Source: Tubiluchus corallicola
Lineage: Eukaryota; Animalia; Priapulida
Direction: 5' to 3'
DNA: 64,000 bases
Assembly (NCBI GenBank): GCA_030141605.1
Contig: JAQGDQ010000096.1
Location: 310,001 to 374,000 of the forward strand
A program made the position numbers and the translations under genes. The first letter of the stretch is position 1; every line of letters begins with the position of its first letter. Positions 49,101 to 60,249 of this stretch are shown in pieces. Under the pieces are notes generated by a model. That model did not search any database and was not told where the DNA came from. It saw only the letters and a list, made by a program, of their open reading frames with translations.

Positions 49101-52100
49101 GTAGCTGAAAAAAGACTATTGTAGCTGAAAAAAGATTATTGTAGCTGAAAAAAGACTATTGTAGCTGAAAAAAGATTATTGTAGCTGAAAAAAGACTATT
49201 GCAGCTGAAAAAAGACTATTGTAGCTGAAAAAGACTAGTTGTAGCTGAAAAAAGACTAATTGTAGCTGAAAAAGACTAATTGTAGCTGAAAAAGACTATT
49301 GTAGCTGAAAAAAGATTATTGTGGCTGAAAAAAGACTATTGCAGCTGAAAAAAGACTATTGTAGCTGAAAAAGACTATTGTAGCTGAAAAAGACTAATTG
49401 TAGCTGAAGAAAGACTATTGTACCTGAAAAAAACGACTATTGCAGCTGAAAAAAGACTAGTTACTTATTTATGCGGAAGTTAAAAACAGGACATATGTAA
49501 TAATATAAATGAGCCAGTTACAGTAAGAAGAACTATAATTAAGTATTAGAAAAAAAGAGAACAGAACCACTTTGCACAATAAGGGGGGAGGGTAGTTGGT
49601 ACATGTAGGTAAAAGCTTTCTCTTATAAAAAAAAATCCCAGCTTCGATCTAATTTTCTTATATTTCTATATACAGTACTGTTTTACGTTTCTATGAACTT
49701 TTTTCAATTATTGTAGGTCCTGCCTATATAAACTTGTTGTTATTACTCAGAATTTTCTCACACTAAAGATGACTGTTGGATATTGCACCTAAACCCTCTG
49801 CAATGTTTCAACAATGAAGTCATACTTTTAAAACTATGATTATATTTTTAACTAATTATTAGATTTAAAGCTTGTGGTGCAACTGCTACAGTAGATTATG
49901 TTACAGATTTTCTTTTCAACAAATAAACACATACCGTGTTGGCGTGTTCTTGGGTTAATTGGATAATTGTAACACCATGTTTGTTTTCGTGAACATATTT
50001 AGTGAAATTCAGTGCTATAATTGAAGAACAATTTATGTAGCGTGGAGACTCATTGGCCGTTAACCACTGATTCAACGTGTTAAATTCATACAGTATCATT
50101 TCACGGGTTACTGCTCTTGAGTTTCATTGATCGCTGTCTTGGTTCATCGAGCATTGAACAGACCGGTCAATACTACGCAGGACTTAGACCTTAGACCTTA
50201 GTCCTTCCTGCGCATTGATGCACATTGGGCAGACAGCATTTTCCACTGAGTTCTATCGGCGGCTTCGTTCTCTACGTTTTCCCAACGTATGTTGACAGCT
50301 CGAAGGTCTTCTTTGAAGGATCTGCGCCACGTTGTTTTTGGCCGACCTCTTTTTCGTTTCCCACCAGGTGGTTCCCACTGTACTGCTGTTTTGGCGTAAC
50401 GACTTTCTGATAGACGGAGAATATGTCCAGCCAGTTTCATTCTTCTCTCTGTAACTATATCTTGTAACCGCAATGACTGCGCTCGTTGAAGAACTTCTAC
50501 ATTGGTGACATGGTCGCGGTAGGAGATTTTTAGTATCTTTCGAAGGCATTTTTGGTGGAAGACGTTCAGTTTCTTTGATAACTCCGCTGTGACTTTCCAG
50601 GTTTCGCTGGCATACAGGAATATGTATGTTCTCGCTGAACGCAGGACTACATTCTAGAATAATTACAGAAGCCAATTGCAAATTTCATTATTTAGATATT
50701 CAATGCTAGAAATTAACTCACGGAAATCGACACCAGCCTGAAGACGTTACAGACCTTGCTCTTTAAGTGCACGTCATTCAGCTGCGCGCATCGTTTCTAT
50801 TGTCATTTTCTGTAATCTGAAGCGGAATGTTTTGAAATGAGCTGCATTCATTTTGCGTGATTTCCATCTGAGTAGTTGAATTCTAACTTTAAACCGCTAA
50901 AATAACAAACCATCTTTGGTACACTAATGGGGGTTTATCATCCTGGTTGAGGTCCAGATTCCAGCATTTCTTCACTTTAGGTTCGGCATGATGTGTAATT
51001 AAGATAAGTTTAAGGGTTAGGGTTATTCAACTAAAGTGCTTATTGAAACATTTATTTAGTAATGTTTTACACTTTTTATATTTCTTGTTCAGTTTATTTC
51101 CTATCTGATTTTATTTTTATTGTTGAGTTTTTGAAGCTTGTTGTTAAATATCAGTCAGTCAGTCAGTCAGTCAGTCAGTCAGTCAGTCAGTCAGTCAGTC
51201 AGTCAGTCAGTCAGTCAGTCAGTCAGTCAGTCAGTCAGTCAGTCAGTCAGTCAGTCAGTCAGTCAGTCAGTCAGTCAGTCAGTCAGCCAGCCAGCCAGCC
51301 AGCCAGTCAGTCAGTCAGTCAGTCAGTCAGTCAGTCAGTCAGTCAGTCAGTGAGCCAGTCAGCCAGCCAGCCAGTCAGTCATTCAGTCAGTCAGTCAGCC
51401 AGCCAGCCAGTCAGTCAGACGGGCGGGCAGGCAGGCAGGCAGGCAGGCAGGCAGTTTGTCTGTCTGTCTCTTTGTCGTTCTCTTTGCCCGTCTTCCTGTC
51501 TGTTTGTTTGACTGTCTGTCTTCCCACACAACAAAATTAAAAAATTGATGAAGCTAAAATCACCAAACTTGCCACAGGTATAGATCTAGACAAATCTAGA
51601 AGTCTATTGCTGTTGGACTCATACAGTCAAAGTTCTCGGTTTAAATCTTTGATAGCAATACAAAATTTTTGACAATTGGGACTTCATGTCAAGTTGTGCA
51701 CGTTTGTTGAGTTCTCTCATTCGCTTCCTTGCGCAAATTCTGGTTTGTAGTTCTGAGATACTGTGGACCAGACATTGATTATGGAGTCGGATTTCCTTCG
51801 ACAATCGCCTGTAAGAAACAGTGCAATCTTCAAGGCCATTATTGCAAGCAGTCAACGGGTTAAATTGGCAGTCGTTTTAGCAGCATTGCGTGACTAAGGA
51901 AGCCATACAACCTGTTACTGTCGCTGTTGATCACGTGAGTGTCGCGTGACCTACGCAGGGACGCGCAGTTAATGCAATATCGCACCATTAGATCACACAC
52001 ATTATGAGTATCAAGAAAGTTCGTGCTGAGCGGCTTTTGTCATTTTCCTCAATTTGCGTCGCTGTGAGAAGGGAAGGCGTGAAAAACTGCTGACCTTTAG

Positions 52101-52994
52101 GTGCGATTCTCAGCGTTGTCTCAACTGATTGTAGCTTGAGGATGCTGTTTGAATACCCGCATCAAAAGTACATTAATATGAAAATGCAATATCCTCCCAC
52201 GTATTTGGAGATGATTACTCGTATATTGATTAGTAATTTTTGCCTGTGTAAACCAGGTCTTGCGCGCCCATTTAAGCAATTTTATGATAAAAATTACCAT
52301 CAACATAAAGCTTACTTTCTGGAAATAATACAGGATACATATAGCAGCTAAAGTCTGCTCGAAACGTTTATTCAGCTTACAGTATTGCTCATTCAGGTTT
52401 AATAGCCAAAAAATAACAGCAAAATAACGTTAACAAGTGTTAGTGCTGTTAATGGGCCCAAAGCACCTAAAGTACTTGTACCTAAAGTATCGGTTTTTGT
52501 ATCTAAACCATCAGTTTTTCAAAGTCGAAAATTCTCGAGTATCGGCTCTGCTTTAAATATTTAGAGATGAAATTTAACATTTCTGCGCATATTTTTTTCT
52601 AAAACTTAATCATAACTTAAAATTAAGTACTAATTTTATTACTTTAAAGCTTTATTGATGAGGTAACGGGTATTGAAGTTACGTTTGTGTTTTGCACTGT
52701 GAAATAAGACAAATAACCAAAGCCCTTCATTACAGCCTTAGCAGCATTGGGGATAACCATCACCCATCACAACCTGTTTATAAGATTTGTTTAATGAGTT
52801 GCTATTCGGGTTTTTTCAACACGTTTTGTAGGTTTTTGGATTTCTGAAGCTGACGACTATCACAGTTTAAAATTATAATAATTTAAATGCTTTTTTGTTC
52901 TACCATCGAATAAAACTAGTTCAACATTTGTAACTCTAAAAGGAAATGGATAAAGCAGCCCAACTGATTTTAATGGATTACTTGATAGAAATAA

Positions 52995-53025
<31 letters not shown>

Positions 53026-54362
53026 CTTTCTTGATAGATAGCTTTGCATGTTTTAAAAACCGCTTTAACTCATTAAATATCAATTCTGAATTCGTTGGTT
53101 GCAGTTGTAAACAATCCTTGATTTAAATTTTTGTAAGAAAGTAAATATAATAATCTATATTTTCACGATTTCCTGTTATTATGCATTATTTCAAAAGTTA
53201 CGTTCGTTTTTCGTGCTGTGAATTAATTTCTTTTATTTGCGTTAAAATTACCTTAATATTGATTTGGAAAGACAGGGCAGAAATCTATAAAAGCTCTTTG
53301 GTAAGAATAATGAACATCTTATTTTTGACCATATTTTTCTGCATAATGATACGTTACTGAAGATGTTAAAGAAAATTATTATTATGACAGACAACTTTCA
53401 TCCTGTACATGAAGAATTTAAGTTTCTCGCACACAAAGTAAAATTAAATGTATCTTCTCAAGAACAAATCGCTTTTAATTTTCATTTGTTCCCACTTCAA
53501 TAAAGTTTAACTAGTCTGTGGTTCAATAGTAGCTAAACACTTTCCAACTTTCCATTTTTTAGGCTTTATTTTATTTGTAAAGTTCAGTTGTTCAGTTTAT
53601 TTGTTCAGTTGAATTTAATTACAATCACAAATTTGTTCTGCAAATTGTTTCTTAACTAGTCTGTGGAAAGCAAACAGGAAATACCAATAGTTTGTGTAGC
53701 CAGTAAAGACGTCTATGTCTATTTTCTTTTGTTTTTTTGTTTTAGGTCTGTGTATACTGGTTGGACTAGTTGTGTACATTGCTCGGCTGACGCAGGAGGT
53801 CGGAAACAAGCTAAAAGCAAAATCTGCATTTGAGATTCCCAAATTTCAGTACCATTATGGATACAGCTTTATGCTAGCCTGTGCTTCCTTTACACTCACT
53901 GAATTCACTGGAGTTATAATAGTGTATTTATTTATAACGCTTTACAAAGAGAAACTAAAGAAGGAACGTCAAAAACAATTGGCAAATGCCGCAGTGACAT
54001 GTAGCGGTGGTGAAGTGCAACAATTGAACACTCGTGGCATGAACCATACCATGGCAGGTCACAATAGACTTCACCAACACCACCCTCACCCTCACCATCA
54101 CCACGCCCAAAGCCCACGCCCATCGCCTCGCTATTGTGATACGCACACTGCTAATCGTTCTCACGAATCATCTCCAGTGGAAAATTTCATAGGTCACTCC
54201 AGTCGCAGTCATACCCCAGTTACCCCTATGTCAGACAGTGTATCACGCGAACTCTTCTCGTATAATATACCCCGTGATATATCGCGTAACACCATGTCAA
54301 CTACAGTGGATATAGCAAGAGAACATCAGTATGAACTCATGCGACGAACAACTCCCGTTTGA
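20309..54362 (+). CDS. CACNG: Voltage-dependent calcium channel gamma subunit / TARP (stargazin-like, PMP22-claudin superfamily); 4 exons
   Basis: Exons 20309(or 20405)-20600, 42525-42605, 43381-43521, 53746-54362, all introns phase 1 with GT-AG. Four TM helices, TDAWLYS, YHYGYSF before TM4 and C-terminal RRTTPV PDZ ligand, as in stargazin/CACNG2. 344 aa from ATG 20405 or 376 aa from 20309. Confidence 0.92.
20990..21390. repeat. Degenerate minisatellite with recurring aagttgataatgctgcat-like motif and a (CTG)n tract at ~21320-21354
   Basis: Motif recurs about six times between ctg/ttg-rich stretches; source of poly-Cys/poly-Ala ORFs. Confidence 0.7.
21700..21757. repeat. (CT)n microsatellite
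   Basis: Direct read. Confidence 0.95.
23820..23973 (-). mobile_element. Fragment of a HINE/DINE-like non-autonomous element
   Basis: Minus strand ttacctctgccaaggaagttg...gtttgtttgtctgt...attacgcaaaaact...aaactttg resembles a widespread metazoan repeat type with a GTTT/GTCT microsatellite; recognised from memory. Confidence 0.45.
24035..24125. repeat. Short tandem subrepeats (tgtgccattttcc-like), probably a MITE end
   Basis: About six degenerate 13-15-bp units. Confidence 0.6.
25626..25865. repeat. Degenerate ~15-bp tandem subrepeats (gtaccaaa core)
   Basis: gtaccaaactttccca, gtactaaactttccta, gtaccaaacttg and further copies. Confidence 0.65.
27168..28580. mobile_element. ~1.4-kb foldback-like element with diverged inverted arms and internal ~59-bp tandem repeats
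   Basis: aaatcacaaa at 27181 vs tttgtgattt at 28551; gtcagtttatttctgttttagac vs gtctagaacagaaagaaactgac; gaggtctgatctatcaga units x3.5 at 27384-27585 mirrored near 28228-28340. Confidence 0.6.
27939..28008 (+). pseudogene. tRNA-like sequence (pseudo-tRNA or SINE head)
   Basis: gatacag/ctgtatc acceptor stem, tggccgattg A-box-like, ctgg-ttcaaat-ccag T arm; D and anticodon arms degenerate. Confidence 0.5.
30344..30418. repeat. Compound (CACG)n/(CA)n/(CG)n microsatellite
   Basis: Mostly alternating purine-pyrimidine tract. Confidence 0.9.
32272..32301. repeat. (CAT)n microsatellite
   Basis: Direct read. Confidence 0.9.
33886..34262. repeat. (CT)n tract followed by degenerate (CCTGT)n pentanucleotide satellite
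   Basis: CT tract 33886-33992; cctgt units 34027-34262; source of the LSLS/CPVLS ORFs. Confidence 0.92.
35105..36248. repeat. (GAGGT/GAGAT/TAGGT)n pentanucleotide satellite with a 325-bp higher-order duplication
   Basis: Direct read; the same variant pattern recurs at 35491 and 35816. Confidence 0.95.
37436..38397. repeat. 48-bp minisatellite, ~20 copies
   Basis: Unit ctcgtttatgatacagcatgctgttccagatcacttgggcctcca(c/t)tc; one 45-bp and one 49-bp variant; contiguous, no spacers. Confidence 0.97.
38400..38887. mobile_element. 5'-truncated copy of the Kolobok-like MITE at 15143-15682
   Basis: Shares ttaaactttcaaagctacgcgcggctca, gcggtaccgtgataa, ccattgcacaaactgt and a gattgagtctaa...ttaa end. 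Confidence 0.75.
41157..41500. mobile_element. Second copy of the palindromic element at 10604-11018 (tRNA boxes absent)
   Basis: Perfect 28-bp inverted termini attaattagttagattatgactgtgatt / aatcacagtcataatctaactaattaat; tail hairpin ttagctaccagctaa then tttgagaa. Confidence 0.75.
42525..42605 (+). CDS. CACNG: TARP/CACNG-like exon 2 (ANNSTRCNVFPSNSQEEEPSDSTSNIP)
   Basis: ttttag acceptor, gtaaat donor, 81 nt, phase 1-1; supplies the second ECL1 Cys and an N-glycosylation sequon. Confidence 0.82.
43054..43131. repeat. (TA)n microsatellite
   Basis: Direct read. Confidence 0.9.
43381..43521 (+). CDS. CACNG: TARP/CACNG-like exon 3 (TM2 and start of TM3)
   Basis: tttcag acceptor, gtaaca donor, 141 nt; MVRSACFIQLFGFFLILVAIALCIAGHVRQRQRILILVSGIIFVTAG. 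Confidence 0.9.
43776..44302. mobile_element. Tc1/mariner-like MITE (~530 bp)
   Basis: TA-flanked; left caaaggacctctataactaaatg, right cattttagttatagaggtcactg. Confidence 0.6.
45025..45372. mobile_element. Foldback/MITE with ~90-bp inverted arms
   Basis: aaaaatgacacaaattagattaaattagatgaaaaaa and its exact reverse complement at ~45322-45358, with flanking similarity. Confidence 0.7.
46560..46800 (-). mobile_element. Possible decayed SINE remnant
   Basis: acagctgg...aagcccttgctgaggcaaca...ggatctaccc loosely resembles the reverse of conserved-core tRNA SINEs; recognised from memory only. Confidence 0.25.
48131..49461. repeat. 17-21-bp minisatellite (aaaaagactattgtagctg)n, ~1.3 kb
   Basis: Direct read; unit length varies mainly with the A-run. 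Confidence 0.97.
50185..50638 (-). mobile_element. 5'-truncated RTE-clade LINE with 10-bp TSD
   Basis: Frame reads LYASETWK...LNVFHQKCLRKIL...RMKLAGHILR...GKRKRGRPKTTW...AADRTQWK, the typical RTE C-terminus; 3' (ctaaggt)n tail; TSD acgcaggact at 50175-50184 and 50639-50648. Confidence 0.9.
51150..51453. repeat. (CAGT)n/(CAGC)n/(CAGG)n tetranucleotide microsatellite
   Basis: Direct read; source of the SQSV ORFs. Confidence 0.97.
52996..53025. repeat. (GAT)n microsatellite
   Basis: Direct read. Confidence 0.9.
53746..54362 (+). CDS. CACNG: TARP/CACNG-like exon 4 (TM3 end, TM4, cytoplasmic tail ending RRTTPV)
   Basis: ttttag acceptor; within ORF 53715..54362; GLCILVGLVVYI, YHYGYSFMLA, RRTTPV stop. 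Confidence 0.93.
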
Positions 54363-57097
54363 ACACGGGTATCTCTTATGCAGACGCTTATATCAGAGAT
54401 ATGTTCAGTGGGTAGACCTCTGGATAGTTCAGGTATAATTTCTGGCTTCCAACTGCTGAGACAAACTCCTCACCTAGGAGACTGTATGCGTGCCAATGGA
54501 TGCTATGGATTAAGTGCAAGGTTCATTGTTCGGTATTATCAGATGCGGTGCAGTTGATTATTGTTAATTTTTGTACCTGCTGAACTCATTAATTGCTATA
54601 TAATAGTTGCAATAGGCAATACCTTTGTTATTTGGTTGTGGTATCGACAAAAGTATTATTTTGTTTCAAGATGACAGTTTGTTGTTAACACAACAAATAA
54701 AAGTCGAGTGATGAATTGCTGTCACTGGGTTGTGTTGAAATTTACACTGCCCGTATGGTGTTTTTTTATAAGTGCATATATGTATGCTTTTATGTGTTAG
54801 TGGTAAATTCAATACAAATGACCCTTACTGAAGTCAGTATTTCGACAGTTGACCCTCGTTGCATCTACAACAGCGCCACATTATTTTTAATTAAGTGTGA
54901 AACTAAATTATGTGAAAATGAAAATAATTGAAGAGAAAATACTTAAACTTCTGATGAGAAACAATAGCAGTTTCCAATTCATTTTCGTGAAACATTAAAA
55001 GCAAACTTATAACTTTTTGTTAACTAACTGGTCTTTAAAACTAAATTTAACGGGCTTCAAAATTATTAAAAACTCATATAATCTGCTTCAAACTTGAAGA
55101 AAACCTGCTTAACCAGGATGAATTTTCCCGTACCAATTTTGTACCAATTTTGTTTACTTGTTCAAATTTTAAAATATATACTTAGTTACCTATAATAATT
55201 AACATATTTCTGTTAATTAAATATTAACTTAGACAGCTATTAAATCCTTGCGGCGAGCATCCTACGAAACCGCAGGATTTTTCTTTAGCAGTAACGCAGA
55301 TATCCACAGTAATTTTCAGTTTGTTTCAGAAATAGACTGCGCTGTAAAAAGCGACTCTTGGATGTGAAGGCGCATTATGACCAAACGACTCGTGGCTTTA
55401 AGCCTGTATTCCTGTATTCACGGTACATTCTTCTCATTCGTTTTGACTTCTCTCTCCTGTCATGTTTTAAGCTGCCTCTAAAAGCTAACACATTAATTCA
55501 TATTACTATACTTGTTATTTTCAACAAACATTTTTATCTTTTGCTGATATGATTTTGTTGAGATCACCTTCAAATCCAAATGACTTTTAGTCTCTTATGC
55601 AGTTCCATACTTTTTTTCACAAAGCAATCACCACTTGTATACATGTGTAGGTTGCAATGTATCATATTGAGTAAAAAAGTGAGACAACCTGTAATGATAT
55701 ATTTGCTTATAATATTAGTTTGAATAATGCGTTTCTATATATGTGTGTAATTTGTGATACTGTATTAATTTGATAAAATTTAGGCTGTGAGACTGAACAT
55801 TTTATAAATATATTTAAGACTTGGTACTTTTAGTACGCGTACGCATATCTTACAAGGGTCGCCTGACTCCCTGTCTACAAGATTATGATTATATAGAATC
55901 TTAGATTCATGTTGTTAGTTTCTTCTGAATAATGGCTAGCTGCTTTGCAATCCGTCAAACGTGCTTTTAGCGCACACTTTTTTAACTGCGAGTCAAAATT
56001 TCTATAACCGTCTCGTCCTTCCTAATATTTCATGGAAAATTCCTGCGTGGGCGATTCCCAAAACAATTAGAAAATTGTCTGACGAGTTCTCATTTCTAAA
56101 AAGTAACGTGTAACGCCACACTAGTCTTCGTGAACTAAGTGAAAATAACGATCGTAATGATGACTGTGACGACTGTGTATGACTGTAATTATAATTATGG
56201 CGACGATGGTTAATGGTGATGAAGAACAGACATTCTCTTAATATCACTGTATGGTCTGTATCAACTCCAGACCATACACTTCCTGGTTTTAAAAAATCTT
56301 GTTTAAAGCAAGTTAGAAACGTTAACTTGTATTGCACTTCGATTTTGTCATCATTTAAGTCCGTTTAAAAGTTCTGTGAAATGATAAATCGTAAATATGA
56401 AAGTTGCAGTAGCTTTTAAAGAAATTCACTCTTAAAGTAAGCTAGAATCATTATTAGTTAAACCAAACCCTACTGTTACTTAGGATTTTATTTAGGCGCG
56501 TGGTCACGTGATTTTATATTAACTAATGCAAGTTTCGAATTCTGAGGTCAAGTGATCAGGAATTAGTGGAAAGAAAAAATTTTGTTACTCGAGAATCGCA
56601 ATTTAATTATGAACAAAAACAGTTCAACGATAATGCTAAAATCCGCATTCTCAACTGATACATTTCAGACGAACTTATCAGCAAAGGTCGTACATTTCAG
56701 CATTATTTGTTAATGTCTTGTTTTATAATAAAAAAAAACAGACAGTTGCTGCTATAGGTGGCAGTGTCAAGTGTCGTAATATAAATGTGTTTGCAAAGGT
56801 GTTCAGTAATTTTTACACAGTTTTTTCTTGACAATATGCTTAAAGCTGGGTAAGCAATAGTCATAAACTAAAAGCTGAAGGTTGAAATATTTCTCGTCGT
56901 GAGGCTGCGCTGTTTATCTGTATATGCAAATTACGTTGACAAACTTGCACAGTCGTTTGAAAAGTGCTTTAATGCTGTGTTACACACGAAGATATAAATT
57001 TTTACTTCCGACCAGTCATAATTGGAAATGAATATATTTTTGAAGATTATGAATGACAATAAACTTTAGTAGTGCAGTATAAAATTGTTCATCTCTA

Positions 57098-57309
57098 AAG
57101 TGGCGTTTACCTATCGCTCTGGAATGCGTTTGCGTTATGCGTTATTCACCTACGGAATAGCTGCGCAATGAAAAATCAATAGGAAATAGCTGCAGAAAAA
57201 ATAACGCGTAACGCAGGTCTGATAAACAGGTGCATTGAAAAAATATATAAACCGATTTTATCTATTTCGCATCCACATAACGCGTACGCATGCCAGGTAA
57301 ACGCCACTT
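57098..57309. mobile_element. 212-bp MITE with perfect 15-bp TIRs
   Basis: aagtggcgtttacct / aggtaaacgccactt, flanked by TA; related copies at ~11493-11668 and ~58395-58541. Confidence 0.8.
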
Positions 57310-58394
57310 TACGCAAATTCAGTGAAATACTTTTCTTGAGAAAAGCAAATTTTGATTTTATTGTTTTAACATCAGGTGCAAATTTTCTAATTTTTTAACA
57401 AAAATTTAGCGTAGGCCTAGTAGCCAATTCCAAATAAGTTTAGATTCGTTGGTATTTTTGGCATGTAAATTTAATGTTGTAAAACTTTACCGTTTTGTTA
57501 TAAAGCGTATTGTACATAATTTTTATACCTTGACAGTTAATTATCATAAATATGCGCGTAATTTAACCCCATCACGTGACTTTTTTTTACTATAATATTG
57601 TTCTTATTTGTGCGCGTAGAATTAGGGTTGTTATGAAATTTTGAAATGTGATAAATTTGTATAAGACGTAACTCATTTGAATAGTTTATCAATTTGAGTT
57701 TTTAATTGACCTGGCTTCCGCGTTGAAATCAATGAGGTGCATGGCACATGGCAGTACATTAAGCCTCGTCGGTTAAAACCGACAATGCTTTGTGGCACCA
57801 TCTATGGTTAGTAAATGAAAATTATGAAGTTTTCGCAAAATGTGTTGTGTAAATGTTATACATTATTAAACTCTATTAAGCTTTTTTATTAATTTTGATG
57901 TTTTGTCTAATTTTAAAGTAGTACATGTTGTATATACTACATTAGTATCATGCCAAGCTATGTGAATGTAAACCCTGTTAAAACGTTAGTCAATTTTTTA
58001 TAATAAAACAATCGCAAACGATAACACATTTTTTTGTTTTTTCGTGCTATATTACGGTTTGTACATACTGCACAGTCAAGCGTTTAGCTGGTTACGGCTA
58101 TGGCAAATACAATAGTATTTGGTGATACCGGCCATGGAATACTATAGAAAAAATAAAATTGGTTACATGATTTATTTCATTTTATATAGACTACAGAGGA
58201 CGTAGGCCTAAGTAGTTTTCACTACATAATAATACAACTATTAAATGTTGATATAAATGTCTGGTAGGAAAATTAGAATTACGTAAATGTAATTTTGATG
58301 TCATTATGATGACGTAGTGCCAGAAGTTCAGATTCATTTTGGGCAAAATGGCAAGTGTTATTCAAAGCATCCAACCTTGCGATCTTTGGCGTGC

Positions 58395-58541
58395 TTTTCC
58401 GTAATGCGTGTTTTTTCATAACGCATACATGTATAAATGTGTGCATTGAGAACAATTTAAACCGATTTTATCTATTCCGCATCCCCTCCCAAAACGCACC
58501 CGCATCCGCATATGTATGCATGCTACATAAACGCAACTTTA
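58395..58541. mobile_element. Partial copy of the 57098-57309 MITE
   Basis: gtgcattga...aaaccgattttatctattccgcatcc...taaacgcaacttta. Confidence 0.6.
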
Positions 58542-59748
58542 GGGAACAATTTTCTAAGCTGAGCCGACCCAAAAATCTACAACTTGAAAAGCTGATCATA
58601 CAAGGCAAAGACAAAAGTCGTGTACAAATTTTATTCAACTTATTTGCTGCGAAATATATCGAAATATTAGTTATTACAAGAAGTTTGGCAAGTGTAATGC
58701 AATACCTAAAATGTAATGACAAAACAAAAGGATCTTAACAGTGTAAACTCTTACACTACAGCTTTTGTATATACAGTGATAGAGAACAACTAAGAGTTAA
58801 TGGCATAGCTCGAAGAAAGTACTAAAGTAAATTATTTTATAAGAAATCGTAATATTATCGTATTTAAAAGTTAGTTCTGTTACTAAAACTCAACATTCAT
58901 GAAGAATTGCGGCCGAAAACTCCAAGTGTCGACGTCTCCAGGTCTCAATTAAGTATCGACATTGTTTAATTCTAGAACAATTTCTTGAGGTCACGAAAGT
59001 TCATAACCAACGCACAGTTCTCTTGTTCTTTGGAAGGAATACGAGCATGTTACAATACAAACGTAGAAATAAGTAAAGAATCCTTTGGTATCCTAATAAC
59101 TTAAACAAATCCACGACAGCCGCTAGTTCTGAATCGTATAGCTCCATTCTGTCTCCTTAGTTAAATTACAAATGTCTAAATTGGAAACCATTTTTGGTCA
59201 CTTTATCCAGAAAGTTTCAGCATAGACGCCTCTGCAATGCCCTAAATTTCATTCCTTTGAGCAACTTTTACAATCCACAGATCGGGATTGCACAAAACGA
59301 TGGATTCTATTAGTAATAAAAATCTTTCAGAAAAGTTCAGGATTTTGAAACATTTTGGTTACTTTAGACTCAAGGTCAGTATTTTTCCATGCAGCAAAAA
59401 TTATTAGTTTTTGTACGCTGCAATTTGCCTCCGCATTACATAATATGTTCTGTTTTGCTGTCATTCATATTCAGCAATCATACTATTATTTGCGAAATAT
59501 TCGCTACCATATTACAGCTATAATAATAGTAATAATAATAATAATAATATAAAAACAATAATAACAACAGTGATTCTAATCAGATGTAAATTATAATAAA
59601 GGTATACTTAACAATAACAAGATTATAATGATATAATTGTTACATAATACGAAATATTCGTTACCACAACCTTCCACAAAAACGTCACATTTTACGCTTC
59701 TTTGTCACCAAAAGAAGCAATGACGTCATCCACATCAACTTAACAGTC

Positions 59749-60249
59749 TTAAAGTTGAAGTTTAGGAATAGATGAAAACTGTACCTCGTTTTCAATTACG
59801 CATGCCTGGTACTTGTTTCGCAAGATGTCTGCAGTTTCGGTGAACTGATGCAGAACAGCAAACAAGGCGGACAAGTGCTGCCGAAAAGCCGACAGGATCA
59901 TTTTCGGATTGTCGTCTTCTACAGGCGTAACTGCGTTGTCTAACCCTGGTCCACAAACAAGTTCTGAACGAATAGACTTCAGTAAGGAGTACAGAGTGTA
60001 GAGATTAGCATCAGCTGAACGATACATCACGTCTTCCATGTTGTTGTAGTTGATATCTCTCGGATCTAATGCTACATCCTTCAGACGATGTGGTATCAAC
60101 ACAGTATCATCCATATCCTCAACTGCAGTAATGAATCTGTTCATGGCCATTAGCAAAGAATTCTTCGATATCTGTTCTTCTCTGGAAAAACGCCTCAATG
60201 AATACTGTACCGTTGATTCTTGCCTGGAATGTTTCCTTTGCTGGGACAT
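59749..60249 (-). CDS. MID1IP1: Spot14/MID1-interacting protein 1 family protein (166 aa, uninterrupted CDS)
   Basis: SLLMAMNRFITAVEDMDDTVLIPHRLKDV, LYTLYSLLKSIRSELV and FRQHLSALFAVLHQFTETADILRNKYQ are the three conserved Spot14-family blocks; first ATG at 60249. Confidence 0.9.
   Translation of the reverse strand: MSQQRKHSRQESTVQYSLRRFSREEQISKNSLLMAMNRFITAVEDMDDTVLIPHRLKDVALDPRDINYNNMEDVMYRSADANLYTLYSLLKSIRSELVCGPGLDNAVTPVEDDNPKMILSAFRQHLSALFAVLHQFTETADILRNKYQACVIENEVQFSSIPKLQL

Noticed and set aside
51062-51511. SQSV-repeat protein ORFs
   Set aside because: Translation of the (CAGT)n microsatellite
54360-54362. Selenocysteine recoding of the TARP TGA
   Set aside because: RRTTPV is the canonical family C-terminus and I could not identify a SECIS element by eye
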